This document shows positions 47,573-57,334 of a DNA stretch of 64,000 bases, piece after piece; the first letter of the stretch is position 1; each line of letters begins with the position of its first letter. A model generated the notes under the pieces. The model was not told where the DNA came from. It saw only the letters and a program-made list of their open reading frames with translations, and searched no databases. This stretch comes from Pseudomonadota bacterium (GTDB lineage Bacteria; Bdellovibrionota_G; JALEGL01; DATDPG01), in the NCBI GenBank assembly GCA_043809315.1, contig JAZDDX010000017.1:98075-162074 (forward strand), in the 5' to 3' direction. The position numbers and the translations under genes are program-made.

Positions 47573-49387
47573 GTGAAGAAGAACATCCTGATTCTTGCCC
47601 CCCGGAACATGAACGAGGTGCTCCGGGTCGAGAAGGCGCTGTTCGCGTTCGAATTCGACACCCTCCGGGTGATCACGATCAAAGACGCCCTCTACCGCGC
47701 GGCGAACGAGATGTTCTCGTCGATCCTCTGTGTCGACTCGGTCGACAGCTCTCTCCAGCGCGCCCTCACGGCCGGGTTGGCCGATTCGCCGCTCGGCGCA
47801 GTGACGCCGGTCGTGGTGTTGGGGGAGGGGAGCGGGCCTGCCGAACGGTCGGCGCTCACGTCGATCCTGGACCAGTATTTTCCTCTTTCGACAGATCCCG
47901 AGGTGATTGCGGAGTTCTGCAACGAGACCCACAAGCTCCGGGTCGAAAAAGCGAAGCGCGGGACACTGGGGACGATCTCCGTACCGCAGATCCTGAACCA
48001 CGGAGCGCGCGTCCGGATGACCGGGTCGGTCGTCGTCGAATGCCGGGATGAGAAGTGCATCGTTTTTTTCGAAAACGGGTCGGTCGTTTTCGCCTCGTCG
48101 AACCGGGACGAAAACCGATTCGGGGAATTCCTCGTCGCGCAGGGGGTGATCACGAAGGATGTGTACAGTCACGCCAGCCGTCTCCTTCGGCAGACGGGAA
48201 AGCGGTTCGGGAACATCCTCGTCGAGGAGGGGGTGATCAAGCCGCAGGTGCTCAAGACCCTGATCCAGTCGCAGGTCAAGCACATCATCTACACCGTCTT
48301 CGACTGGATCGAGGGGGAGTTCTACATCCTGTTCGACGACAAGACGGGGCAGGCGGAACCGGTCGCCAAGTTCGACGTTACGTCGCTCGTTCTGGAGGGG
48401 ATCCGCTTCCGGTTCTCCGAAGAGAAGCTGAACCGGATCTTCGCCCCGTTCGACCAGCGGGTGTCGATGGCGATCTCGCTCAAAGAGGCGCAGCGGCAGA
48501 TCCAGCTCGGGAAGAACGAGCTCGACTTCTTGAAGGTGGTCGGAGAAGGGCGCCCGATCGGCGATTTTCTCCATCTGAAATCGTTCAGCCGCGGGGAGAG
48601 CCTCAAGCTCTTGTACGCCTTCAAGGTTCTGGGCCTCTTGAGCTTCGAGCGAATCGCGCGGACCGAACCGGTGGTCGACGCGAGCGCGAAGGGGACCGAC
48701 CGGGCGCAGGCGATGAACGAACTGTTCCGCTCGAAGATCGGTCCGCTCGTCCCGGAGACGACAGCTCCGGAGGGAATCCCCATCCCCGAGGAGGCGCCTC
48801 CCGTCCCCCGACGCGTTCGGTATTTCTATTCGGTCCTCGGCGCCACCGCCCTCTCGGTATTCGTCCTGATCGTGACGTTCGTTGATCCACGTACCTGGCG
48901 GAACGGGAACACGTACGAAACGGTTCCGTTGCTGAAGCCGACCGCCGTTCCGACGGCGGCCCCGACTCCCACCGAGATTCCGACCGTGGTCGTCCAACCG
49001 ACGCAGATCCCCGAGGTGCTCCGACTGGTGGCGGTCGCGTCGGCGGAGCGGAATTCCGGGGAGCTGGAACGTGCGCTCGCCACTTACCGAAAGGCACAGC
49101 GTTTGAAACCGGGGAGCATCGAGATTGCGATGGCGATCGGAGACGTGCTGTTGGACCTCGACCGGAGCGAAGAGGCGAAGGCCGCGTTCGAGGAGGTGGT
49201 GCGCCTGGAGCCGCTCAACGCGCGCGCCTACCTGGCACTCGGGACGATCCACCTGATGCAGGACGATAAAAAGAAAGCGGCGGAAGCGCTCCAGAAATAC
49301 CTGACGCTGGTGAAACGGACGTCCCAGAATCTTTCTCAGGTCACGGAAGCCCAGAAGGTCCTTCACAGCATCGAGGCGGAAAAATGA
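47573..49387 (+). CDS. Degenerate receiver-like, DUF4388 (PatA-N-like), TM and TPR protein
   Basis: RGTLGTISVPQIL...TG, FFENGSVVFASSN, RFGNILVEEG, VFDWIEGEF, PT-rich linker, TPRs. TTGAAC-17-CACAAT upstream. Confidence 0.82.
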   Translation: MKKNILILAPRNMNEVLRVEKALFAFEFDTLRVITIKDALYRAANEMFSSILCVDSVDSSLQRALTAGLADSPLGAVTPVVVLGEGSGPAERSALTSILDQYFPLSTDPEVIAEFCNETHKLRVEKAKRGTLGTISVPQILNHGARVRMTGSVVVECRDEKCIVFFENGSVVFASSNRDENRFGEFLVAQGVITKDVYSHASRLLRQTGKRFGNILVEEGVIKPQVLKTLIQSQVKHIIYTVFDWIEGEFYILFDDKTGQAEPVAKFDVTSLVLEGIRFRFSEEKLNRIFAPFDQRVSMAISLKEAQRQIQLGKNELDFLKVVGEGRPIGDFLHLKSFSRGESLKLLYAFKVLGLLSFERIARTEPVVDASAKGTDRAQAMNELFRSKIGPLVPETTAPEGIPIPEEAPPVPRRVRYFYSVLGATALSVFVLIVTFVDPRTWRNGNTYETVPLLKPTAVPTAAPTPTEIPTVVVQPTQIPEVLRLVAVASAERNSGELERALATYRKAQRLKPGSIEIAMAIGDVLLDLDRSEEAKAAFEEVVRLEPLNARAYLALGTIHLMQDDKKKAAEALQKYLTLVKRTSQNLSQVTEAQKVLHSIEAEK

Positions 49388-50421
49388 AACATCTGCTGAT
49401 CGCCCCCATTCTCTTATCGGTCGCCTGTGCCCCGTCGATCCATACGATCGGAGAGATGCCGCAAGAATCGACCTGTCTGGCGATCGTGCCGTTCGAGACG
49501 AAATACGATCTGGAGGCGAGCGACGACCCGATCTCCCCCCTTCTGGCCGAACGGCTCCTGAAACGGGGGGCGCGCGGGGTTCTGGGGCCGCACGAGCTTT
49601 CGCAGCTCTTCGTCGCTGCGCACGACCGACTTCCTCCGTTTGTCGACCCGTTCTGGGTCCGGACGATCGGGAACCGGGTCGGCGTCGACACGGTGGTCTT
49701 CGGTTCTTTTTCAAAAATTCCGCTCACGCTGACGGAAAAAGACCGGCGGGAGAAGTTTCTGATCTCGATCGATGCTTATGGGATGGATGTGAAGAGCGGG
49801 GAGATCCGATGGACCTTCGGCGCGCGGGAGATGGTGCTGGGGACCGAACTCCCCTCGAAGCTTCGGCAGCATTCCGAAACGATGGCGTCGGATATCCTAA
49901 GCGGTCGTTCCGGCGCGTTTACCAAAATTAATTGCTGGCAGGCGCCGACCGGGGGGGCGGAGATCGAGAAGCCGGTGACGACGCCCCAGGAAGCGACGCC
50001 GAAGCCGGTGGAAGTGACACTCACGAAAGAGGAGCGGGCGACACTCACAATGTTGATGCGTCCGTCCGGGTTTGCGATCGACGCTTCGCTTTTCGAAGGG
50101 CGTGAGGACCGCCTGACCGCCGACGGCGTGCGGATGCTGGGACGAGTCAAGGCGGCGCTCGCGGCGAAGGAAGCCCCGAAGCAGATTCGGATCGAAGCGC
50201 ATATCGATGCCACGAAAGATTCAGCCCGCGATCTGTCGGCGTCGAAACGGCGGGCGGAGATGGTCAAGAGGTATCTCACCGATCTGGGCGTGGGGGGGAC
50301 CCGTCTGGACGCCGCCGGTTTCGGAGGGGCTCGTCCGATGGTTCCGAATCTGAGCCGGAAGAGCCGGGAGTTGAACCGGAGAACGGTTCTGATTCCCGTG
50401 ATACCGCCCCGGAAGCCATGA
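49384..50421 (+). CDS. Lipoprotein with C-terminal OmpA-like peptidoglycan-binding domain
   Basis: Lipobox SVAC; LAIVPF N-domain; IRIEAHID, LSASKRRAEMVK, GFGGARP, NRR. Confidence 0.82.
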   Translation: MKHLLIAPILLSVACAPSIHTIGEMPQESTCLAIVPFETKYDLEASDDPISPLLAERLLKRGARGVLGPHELSQLFVAAHDRLPPFVDPFWVRTIGNRVGVDTVVFGSFSKIPLTLTEKDRREKFLISIDAYGMDVKSGEIRWTFGAREMVLGTELPSKLRQHSETMASDILSGRSGAFTKINCWQAPTGGAEIEKPVTTPQEATPKPVEVTLTKEERATLTMLMRPSGFAIDASLFEGREDRLTADGVRMLGRVKAALAAKEAPKQIRIEAHIDATKDSARDLSASKRRAEMVKRYLTDLGVGGTRLDAAGFGGARPMVPNLSRKSRELNRRTVLIPVIPPRKP

Positions 50422-51041
50422 TCCCGCTGCGGGACGAGAACCCGACCAAGCGGTTCCCTTGGATCACCCTTCTCCTGATCGGGGTGAATGTCGGGGTCTT
50501 CCTCGATCAGGGGTTTCTCGGTGCGCATCGGTTCGATTGGTACGTCGAGCATTACGGTGTGATTCCGGCGGCGCTGATCGGTCGCAACGGCTGGCACGAT
50601 ATCCCGACGCTATTTTCTGGGATGTTCATGCACGGCGGGTTCCTGCACCTGCTCGGGAACATGTGGTTCCTTTGGATCTTCGGCGACAACGTGGAGGAGA
50701 AACTCGGGAAGACGAAGTTCCTGATCTTCTATCTGACGGTCGGGCTGCTCGCGACGCTTGCGCATGTCGCCGCCGCTCCGGGGTCGAAGCTCCCGCTGGT
50801 CGGTGCGAGCGGAGCGATCGCGGGGGTCCTGGGAGCCTATTTTCTCTTCTTCCCGTTCCACCGGATCCTGACTCTCGTTCCGATCTTCGTCTTCATCACG
50901 ACGATTCGGATCCCGGCGATGGTCTTCCTTGGCCTCTGGTTCCTGATGCAGATCGCTTACTCTTCGTTCGGCGGGAACGTCGCTTGGTGGGCGCACATCG
51001 GCGGCTTCTTATCCGGTCTTCTTCTGGCGAAGCTCTTTTGA
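50418..51041 (+). CDS. Rhomboid intramembrane serine protease
   Basis: MIPLRDENP, HLLGNMWFLWIFGDNVE, GASGAI, AHIGGF. Confidence 0.95.
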   Translation: MIPLRDENPTKRFPWITLLLIGVNVGVFLDQGFLGAHRFDWYVEHYGVIPAALIGRNGWHDIPTLFSGMFMHGGFLHLLGNMWFLWIFGDNVEEKLGKTKFLIFYLTVGLLATLAHVAAAPGSKLPLVGASGAIAGVLGAYFLFFPFHRILTLVPIFVFITTIRIPAMVFLGLWFLMQIAYSSFGGNVAWWAHIGGFLSGLLLAKLF

Positions 51042-52208
51042 TCAAGGATTGAACGATTTCCAAACCGTCTGGAGAAGGGAGTCGGTCTCACCCGCCGGGG
51101 TGTAATCCTCGGTTAGTTGCCAGATGATCACGCCCCCGATACCGGACGATTGCGCGTACGCCCCCTTAGCCGCAATCGAGCGCCGGTCCTCGTACGTGAT
51201 GTACGTGCATCCCCTCGAACCGGTCGGTGAGGAGAACGAGAGATACGGGACCTCCGCGATCGTGTCGTAAACATAGTTCGCGGCGTTGTAATATGACTTC
51301 ATGATCATGTCGTAACTCATCGCGAGGTCGTACCCGAGGATCGAGGCCCCGCCCCAGTCCTGCGGGGGGCCCGTGACCGGCGATCCGACGCAGTCGCCGT
51401 AGAACGGGATCCCGATTCCAAGCTTTCCCGCAGGGACTCCCGCCGCGACGTAGGCCGCAACGGTACTCATCGCCGAGGTCGGATGATCCGACTCTTCCCC
51501 TTGGAGCGGGGAGTTGTGCCAGGTCACCCATCCGCCCCATGGGCCCATCATGTCGTACGTCATCAAGTTCATCTGATCGAGGACGGCTCCGAGCTGGCTG
51601 TAGAAGGTCGCCGTTGCACCGCTGAACGCGCCTCCATTGATGTTGTGGTATCCGAGGGCGGAGGTCACGATCAGCCCCGATTTGGCCGCCTTGAGGTCAT
51701 TCACCAGAGAGATCATGTTCGACCGGTCCGGTTCCGAGGAGGGGGGCTGCTCCCAATCGATGTCGATTCCGTCCGCCCCCGTCGAGTTGACGATCGTGAT
51801 CAGGTTCGTGACGAACTTTGAGCGGTTGGCGGAGGAGACCGCTCCCGGGAATCCGTCGCTGTCGAAAGCGCCGCCGACGGAGAGAATGAACTTCTTCCCC
51901 GCGGCATGAGCATGTTGGGCGAAGGAGCTTGCCTGCGAGAGCGAGTTTCCGACCGTTCCGTCCGAGTTCGGGATCAGAAACGACAGGGCGAGATGGCTCA
52001 GCGAGGCGTAATTGACGTTGGCCGGGGTAACGTTGTCGGCGATGAGGTTGATGTACGGCATGACCCACCTCGCGCCGGTGGTTCCGCCCGGAAGTGGAGT
52101 TCCTGTTGGTCCAGGCGTCGGGGTGGGGGTTCCTGATCCACTCTTCGTGGTTCCGCAGGCGGCGATCAGGGCGAGAACGCAGACGAACGGAAGAGTGGTC
52201 TTATTCAT
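51042..52208 (-). CDS. GH18 chitinase-like glycoside hydrolase, lipoprotein
   Basis: Lipobox IAAC, PT linker, SVGG, catalytic DGIDIDWE, MTYD, GIPFYG, GGVIIW. Confidence 0.92.
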   Translation of the reverse strand: MNKTTLPFVCVLALIAACGTTKSGSGTPTPTPGPTGTPLPGGTTGARWVMPYINLIADNVTPANVNYASLSHLALSFLIPNSDGTVGNSLSQASSFAQHAHAAGKKFILSVGGAFDSDGFPGAVSSANRSKFVTNLITIVNSTGADGIDIDWEQPPSSEPDRSNMISLVNDLKAAKSGLIVTSALGYHNINGGAFSGATATFYSQLGAVLDQMNLMTYDMMGPWGGWVTWHNSPLQGEESDHPTSAMSTVAAYVAAGVPAGKLGIGIPFYGDCVGSPVTGPPQDWGGASILGYDLAMSYDMIMKSYYNAANYVYDTIAEVPYLSFSSPTGSRGCTYITYEDRRSIAAKGAYAQSSGIGGVIIWQLTEDYTPAGETDSLLQTVWKSFNP

Positions 52209-52260
52209 ATTCGGTAGAGCGAAGTTTATCCGAGGGACAGTCGTGTGTCCCCATTTTGGG

Positions 52261-52698
52261 TCACGCCGCTTTTCGGCGGAAGAGATCTTTCACGTCGATC
52301 TCAAGAGCTTGGCAAACCTGTTGGAGTTTTCGAATTGTCGGGTTGCTCCGGCGTGGATCTTCCAACCGTTGGTACTCCCCGATCGAGACGTTCATCCGTT
52401 CAGCTACGGCCCGCATCGTCTGCCCTTTTCTTTTCCGGATGGCGCGAAGTGTAACGGCGACCGCAACCGCGATTTCCGGCTCGATCCAGTGAATGTTTCG
52501 TCCCTTCCGTTTGAGGTCAGGGCGTCGGATCGGTTCGTCGTACTCCAGGCGGACTTCCAACACACCGGTCAAAGCTTCCTTGGCCATCTGTTTGGCGTGA
52601 TCGAGACTCTTTCCCTCGGTCAGGCAGCCGGGAAGATCGGGGAACTCGACCCAATACCCGCGTTTGGTTCTTCGGAAGATGGCAGGATAGGCGATCAT
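52261..52698 (-). CDS. hicB: HicB antitoxin with C-terminal XRE HTH
   Basis: YPAIF...YWVEFPDLPGCLTEG; HTH with YQRLEDP...NPT. Confidence 0.92.
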   Translation of the reverse strand: MIAYPAIFRRTKRGYWVEFPDLPGCLTEGKSLDHAKQMAKEALTGVLEVRLEYDEPIRRPDLKRKGRNIHWIEPEIAVAVAVTLRAIRKRKGQTMRAVAERMNVSIGEYQRLEDPRRSNPTIRKLQQVCQALEIDVKDLFRRKAA

Positions 52699-52699
52699 C

Positions 52700-52891
52700 T
52701 CATTTCCTTTTCAGGCCAGCGGTCTTAAGAATCTTGCGCTCCAAGCCTGTCCCGAGAGAGCGATTCCCGTGAACCGGAACTGATATTTCGAAAGCGCCTT
52801 TCTTCATGATGTGATGTGACCCTTTCACGCGAGCGAGTTCCCAACCGTGCTGATGGAGGAGTCGTACGATCTCCTTCCCGCTTAACGGCAC
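52700..52891 (-). CDS. hicA: HicA mRNA interferase toxin
   Basis: SGKEIVRLL..HGW...RVKGSHH...VPVHG...ILK. Confidence 0.92.
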   Translation of the reverse strand: MPLSGKEIVRLLHQHGWELARVKGSHHIMKKGAFEISVPVHGNRSLGTGLERKILKTAGLKRK

Positions 52892-52906
52892 TGCGTACCT
52901 TTTAGA

Positions 52907-52924
52907 TTATATATTAACATATAA
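52907..52924. promoter_or_regulatory. Near-perfect palindrome, putative HicB operator
   Basis: TTATAT-a-TTAA-c-ATATAA just upstream of hicA, overlapping a minus-strand TATAAT. Confidence 0.55.
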
Positions 52925-52960
52925 ATGGAAGACCCGGGTGGCATATCCGGAGTTGTATTG

Positions 52961-52976
52961 AGCAGGTTCCGTGCCG
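52961..52976 (-). promoter_or_regulatory. Putative sigma-54 promoter
   Basis: Minus-strand CGGCACGGAACCTGCT (GG-N10-GC) preceded by IHF-like TTTCAACAGGTT. Confidence 0.45.
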
Positions 52977-53069
52977 GGTCGAACCTGTTGAAATTATTCG
53001 GTAGCGTCAATAGAAGGGTCCGGAATCCGAACCCGGGGGCTTAAAAAAGACTACTCGGATCGAAGCGCG

Positions 53070-54339
53070 TCAGGGTGTTCCCGGGTTTGCTGGGGCGGGG
53101 TTCTGCTCCGCGAGGCGTTGGTGGGCAATCTTGCAGAGATCGCAGCCGGCTTGCTTTCCTTTGAGCGAAGTTTCTACGAGCGCGAACTCACGCGATGCTT
53201 TTTCCTTCTGTCCGATGGTCTCGAGGATTCGCGCGAGAAGAAAATGGAGGGCATGAGCCTCATCCGGGTTGGCTTTACGGAGTTTCTTCTCCATCCGCCC
53301 GATGAGGGCTGCCGGGTCGATCTTCTTTTCCGTAACCAGTTTGAGATAGCCGTCTAATGCTTTTGCCGAAACCAGGGCGACGGACTCAAACATTGCGTCT
53401 TCTTCCTGCCCCAACTCCACGACGGCCCGATGGGAGGTGTCCAGGTCCAACATCTCCTCCGGTCTTGGGCTGAGGACCTCGGAAGGGAACTCCAGAAACA
53501 CCCGCTCGAAGTAGTCCTGCGCATGGGAAGTGTTTTCGTCGACCAGGCTGGCCTCGCCCAAGACCGTCAAGAAATAGGCCTGAAACCCTCCTCCGGGGAT
53601 GGCCTTCGTCGTCTTCCGAATCAGATCCGATCGTGTGGCAGGGTCGATACGGTCGATGTTCTCTGCGATTCCACGGATGCTCTCCAATATGTAGCTCCAG
53701 GTCCAATCAGTGCTATCGCACCCGAAATCGGAGTTCAGCGGATCCGAAAGGTATGTGAGGTAGGATTGGGCCGCCTTCGAAAACTGTTTCTTCCCGGCTT
53801 GCGCGGTTGCCAGTGAGAAGTTGGCGAACGGTCGTGTGTGTCCTAAGGCTTCATTGCATCCCTTCGGCCCTCCGGCCTGAAAAGACTCGTCGGATTTCGC
53901 CAAGAGCTTCTTGGCGGCCTGTTCCAACACATCAAAGTTTTTTTAAGTGCTCCGCGTACGTAGCGAGTTCGACAAACGAAGCGGTCTTCTTCGCGTCCCA
54001 AGCGGTCTTTGGGTCGTCGAACCGTGAGAGTAGAGTCTGAAGGCCCTTCTTCGCCTTTTCGACGAGCGGCTTTGGAAGCGGGGCAAGCTGGCGGATCGCC
54101 AAAAAGGCGGAAACCCGAATCTCGGGCAAGGGGTCCAAGAGAGCATCGACGAGAAGAGGAGCAATTTTGTCCTTCTGGTCCTTCATTTTTGCGAGCTCGT
54201 CAGCGGCTTCACTTCGGATGATGGGATCCGGGTTTTTGAAAGCTTGAATGAGGCGAGCAACCTCGTCCGGCTTTTCTGTTGCAGGAGCAAGCGGGATCGA
54301 GAGAAAGAGCCCAAGGAGAACGAACGAGGCTCGTCGCGT
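53070..54339 (-). pseudogene. Secreted HEAT/TPR protein gene with ACG at the start position and a frameshift at an A7 tract
   Basis: AGGAGGT-cttt-ACG, then RRASFVLLGLFLSIPL signal peptide and HEAT repeats. Removing one A from A7 (53938-53944) fuses ORFs 53932-54186 and 53070-53930. Confidence 0.7.
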
Positions 54340-54348
54340 AAAGACCTC

Positions 54349-55368
54349 CTACAAAAGCGTACCCTGATCGCGCGGCTTCGCCGCGATGTTCAGGTGCTGA
54401 TAGGCAAGAAGCGTGGCGACGCGGCCGCGCGGTGTGCGGCTTATGAATCCACGCTGGAGAAGGAACGGCTCGTAGACCTCCTCGATCGTGTCGCTCTCCT
54501 CGCTGATCGCACTCGCGATCGTATCGAGGCCGACCGGCCCGCCGGCGAACTTCTCGATGATCGTCAGGAGAATCTTCCGGTCCATCGAATCGAACCCCTC
54601 GCGGTCGACCTCCAGGAGGTCGAGGCCGGCGCGGGCCGCTTCGAGGTCGATGATTCCCTTCCCTTTCACCTGGGCGAAGTCACGTGTCCGCTTCAATAGA
54701 CGGTTCGCGACCCGCGGCGTGCCGCGCGCCCGTCGAGCGATCTCTTCCGCCGCCCCCGGGTCGATCTTGACCGAAAGGATTCTCGCCGAACGAAGAATGA
54801 TCTTCACGAGATCGGTTGGTTCGTAGAAGTCGAGACGTTCGGTGACGCCGAACCGGTCCCGAAGCGGCGAGGTGAGAAGCCCGGTGCGGGTCGTCGCTCC
54901 GACCAACGTGAATGGATTGAGATCGATCTTGACCGTCCGTGCGGCGGGCCCTTGCCCGATCAGGATGTCGAGGCGGAAATCTTCCATTGCTTGATAGAGC
55001 ATCTCCTCGACGACCCGGTTCATCCGGTGGATCTCGTCGACGAAGATCACGTCGCGCGGTTCGAGGTTCGTGAGGATCGCTGCGAGGTCGCCGGCCTTCT
55101 CGATCACCGGCCCCGACGTCGATTTCATCCCGACACCGAGTTCGTTCGCGATGATGTAGGCGAGCGTCGTCTTCCCGAGTCCCGGAGGGCCGCAGAATAG
55201 AGTGTGATCCATCGCCTCCGAGCGGTTCTTCGCCGCTTGGATGAAGATCTTCAGCTTCTCGACGATCTTCGTCTGGCCGACGTATTCGGTGAGATGCCGC
55301 GGCCGGAGCGTCAGCTCGACGCTGTTGTCTTCGGGCAACGCACGGGGGTTCAAGGCTCGCTCTTCCAT
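54349..55368 (-). CDS. ruvB: Holliday junction helicase RuvB
   Basis: LRP...[34 protein letters not shown]. Confidence 0.98.
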   Translation of the reverse strand: MEERALNPRALPEDNSVELTLRPRHLTEYVGQTKIVEKLKIFIQAAKNRSEAMDHTLFCGPPGLGKTTLAYIIANELGVGMKSTSGPVIEKAGDLAAILTNLEPRDVIFVDEIHRMNRVVEEMLYQAMEDFRLDILIGQGPAARTVKIDLNPFTLVGATTRTGLLTSPLRDRFGVTERLDFYEPTDLVKIILRSARILSVKIDPGAAEEIARRARGTPRVANRLLKRTRDFAQVKGKGIIDLEAARAGLDLLEVDREGFDSMDRKILLTIIEKFAGGPVGLDTIASAISEESDTIEEVYEPFLLQRGFISRTPRGRVATLLAYQHLNIAAKPRDQGTLL

Positions 55369-55370
55369 CG

Positions 55371-55964
55371 TTACCTCGCGAGGACCTTCAGGGTTTCTTT
55401 CAGCATCCGGTCAAAGGAGTTGAACTTCGAGAGTTCGATCCGTCCGACCGCCGCCTCCGCCTCGAACCGTTTGTATCCGAGGTTCAAGAGGGCCGAGACC
55501 ACCTCCATCTCCGGTGAATCCGGTTCGATCCGACCGATCACCGCTCCTGCTGAAACCGCGAACCCTTTCAGTTTTTCCGCCAGTTCTAAGACCAGACGCT
55601 CGGCCGTCTTTTTTCCGATCCCGGGAGTCCGCTGGAGGGTGCCGGTGTCTTTCCGTTGGATCGCGACGACCAGGTTGTCGGTCGGCATCGCCGAAAGGAT
55701 CGCAAGCGCCGTCTTTGCCCCGACGCCACTGACGGTCAGGAGTTGATGGAAAAGCTCGCGGTCGTTCGACGTCAGGAACCCGAATAATTGGAGGGCATCT
55801 TCTCGGACATGCGTGTGAATGAACAACTCCACCTTCGCGCCGAGGGTGCCGATCCGTGGAAGGGCGGGGGCGGGCACGAGCACTTCATACCCCACTCCGC
55901 CGACTTCGATCGTAATCCGTTCCCCCGTGACATGCCGGACGGTTCCTGAGAGCCAACCGATCAT
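55371..55964 (-). CDS. ruvA: Holliday junction DNA-binding protein RuvA
   Basis: [35 protein letters not shown]. Confidence 0.97.
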   Translation of the reverse strand: MIGWLSGTVRHVTGERITIEVGGVGYEVLVPAPALPRIGTLGAKVELFIHTHVREDALQLFGFLTSNDRELFHQLLTVSGVGAKTALAILSAMPTDNLVVAIQRKDTGTLQRTPGIGKKTAERLVLELAEKLKGFAVSAGAVIGRIEPDSPEMEVVSALLNLGYKRFEAEAAVGRIELSKFNSFDRMLKETLKVLAR

Positions 55965-56524
55965 TCGACCTCCCGGCCGATTCTACCCCGGAGCGCGGCG
56001 GTTCTCACCTCGGAACGATGAATTCTTTCGTGGGTCCGGGCGGAGTTGAGGTGGCAGAGGGCGACGGCCAGGGCGTCGGTCCGGTCGTGGATCGTTTCGT
56101 TCTCCTCGCGGGGGATCCGGAAGAGGCGGCCGATCATCTCGGCGGTCTGCTCTTTGCTGGCCCGTCCGTACCCGACGACGGCCCGCTTCACCTCCATCGG
56201 GGAGTATTCGTAGACCGGGATCCCGTGCTGGGCGGCGACGAGGAGTGCCACCCCGCGCGCATGTGCGAGCGAGACGACCGATCGGACGTTCTTGGCGAAA
56301 AATACCGCTTCGACGGCGACCGCCGTCGGGGATGTCTCGCGGATGACCTTGGAGAGCTGGTCGTGGATGGCGAGCAGGCGTCGCTCGAACGGGCCTTTGG
56401 AAGGGGCTTTGAGGACACCGCTCGTCAGATGAATCAAACGGCTTCCGACCTGCGTGATGACACCGAATCCGGTGATATGGCTTCCGGGGTCGATCCCCAG
56501 GACGATCGCGCGGTCAGCCTCCAA
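55961..56524 (-). CDS. ruvC: Crossover junction endodeoxyribonuclease RuvC
   Basis: LGIDPG, AVEAVF, ARGV, GYGRASKEQ, DALAVA. Confidence 0.97.
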   Translation of the reverse strand: MEADRAIVLGIDPGSHITGFGVITQVGSRLIHLTSGVLKAPSKGPFERRLLAIHDQLSKVIRETSPTAVAVEAVFFAKNVRSVVSLAHARGVALLVAAQHGIPVYEYSPMEVKRAVVGYGRASKEQTAEMIGRLFRIPREENETIHDRTDALAVALCHLNSARTHERIHRSEVRTAALRGRIGREVE

Positions 56525-57260
56525 TGCTCTCCATGATCTCGTCGGGGATGTCGGAGTTGGTGTAGACGTGCTGGACGTCGTCGTTGTCCTCCAGTTCCGT
56601 AACGAGCTTCACCATGTTTTCCGCGTTTTTTCCCTCGATCCGGATCGTGTTTTTCGGGAGCTTTGCGATTTCGGCTAACACGAAGGTAACCTTCTTTTCC
56701 TCGAGCTTTTTCTTAACCCCCTCGTACTCGCGCGGCTCGGTAACGATCTCGAAGTTATCCCCGGCGTCGCGGACGTCTTCGGCACCGGCGTCCAGTGCGA
56801 GCTCCATCAGCGCGTCTTCGGTTGTCTTCTCTTTGGAGACGGCAAGCACTCCTTTGGTCTCGAAGTTCCAGGCGACGCAGCCGTTCTCCCCCAGGTTCCC
56901 GTTGTGGGCGGTGAAGGCGTGCCGGATCTCGGCGATGGTCCGATGTTTGTTGTCGGTCAATACGTCGACAATGACCGCCGCCCCGCCGGGGCCGTACCCT
57001 TCATACGTGATCTCCTCGTAGCTCACCCCTTCGAGCTCGCCGGTCCCTTTTTTGATCGCCCGTTCGACGTTGTCGCCCGGCATGTTCTGCTGACGGGCTA
57101 GTGTGATCGCCGCGCGGAGGCGGGAGTTGACGTTCGGGTCGCCGCCGCCGCGGGCGGCGACGGTGATCTCCTTGATCAATTTGGTGAAAATCTTCCCCTT
57201 TTTGGCGTCTGCCAGCCCTTTTTTCCGCTTGATGGTGCTCCAACGAGAATGTCCCGACAT
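56514..57260 (-). CDS. yebC: YebC/PmpR family protein
   Basis: MSGHSRWSTIKRKK, YEGYGPGG, LEDNDDVQHVYTN. Confidence 0.97.
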   Translation of the reverse strand: MSGHSRWSTIKRKKGLADAKKGKIFTKLIKEITVAARGGGDPNVNSRLRAAITLARQQNMPGDNVERAIKKGTGELEGVSYEEITYEGYGPGGAAVIVDVLTDNKHRTIAEIRHAFTAHNGNLGENGCVAWNFETKGVLAVSKEKTTEDALMELALDAGAEDVRDAGDNFEIVTEPREYEGVKKKLEEKKVTFVLAEIAKLPKNTIRIEGKNAENMVKLVTELEDNDDVQHVYTNSDIPDEIMESIGG

Positions 57261-57334
57261 GGGGAGCGGATTACCTCAACATCAGGCGGAAGGCAACGCT
57301 TGTGATCCCCTTTACCCTCTGATACTTGGCCCCC

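Noticed and set aside
53016-53034. Minus-strand GGGTTCGGATTCCGGACCC resembling a tRNA T arm
   Set aside because: No cloverleaf context; more likely a simple hairpin or weak terminator.
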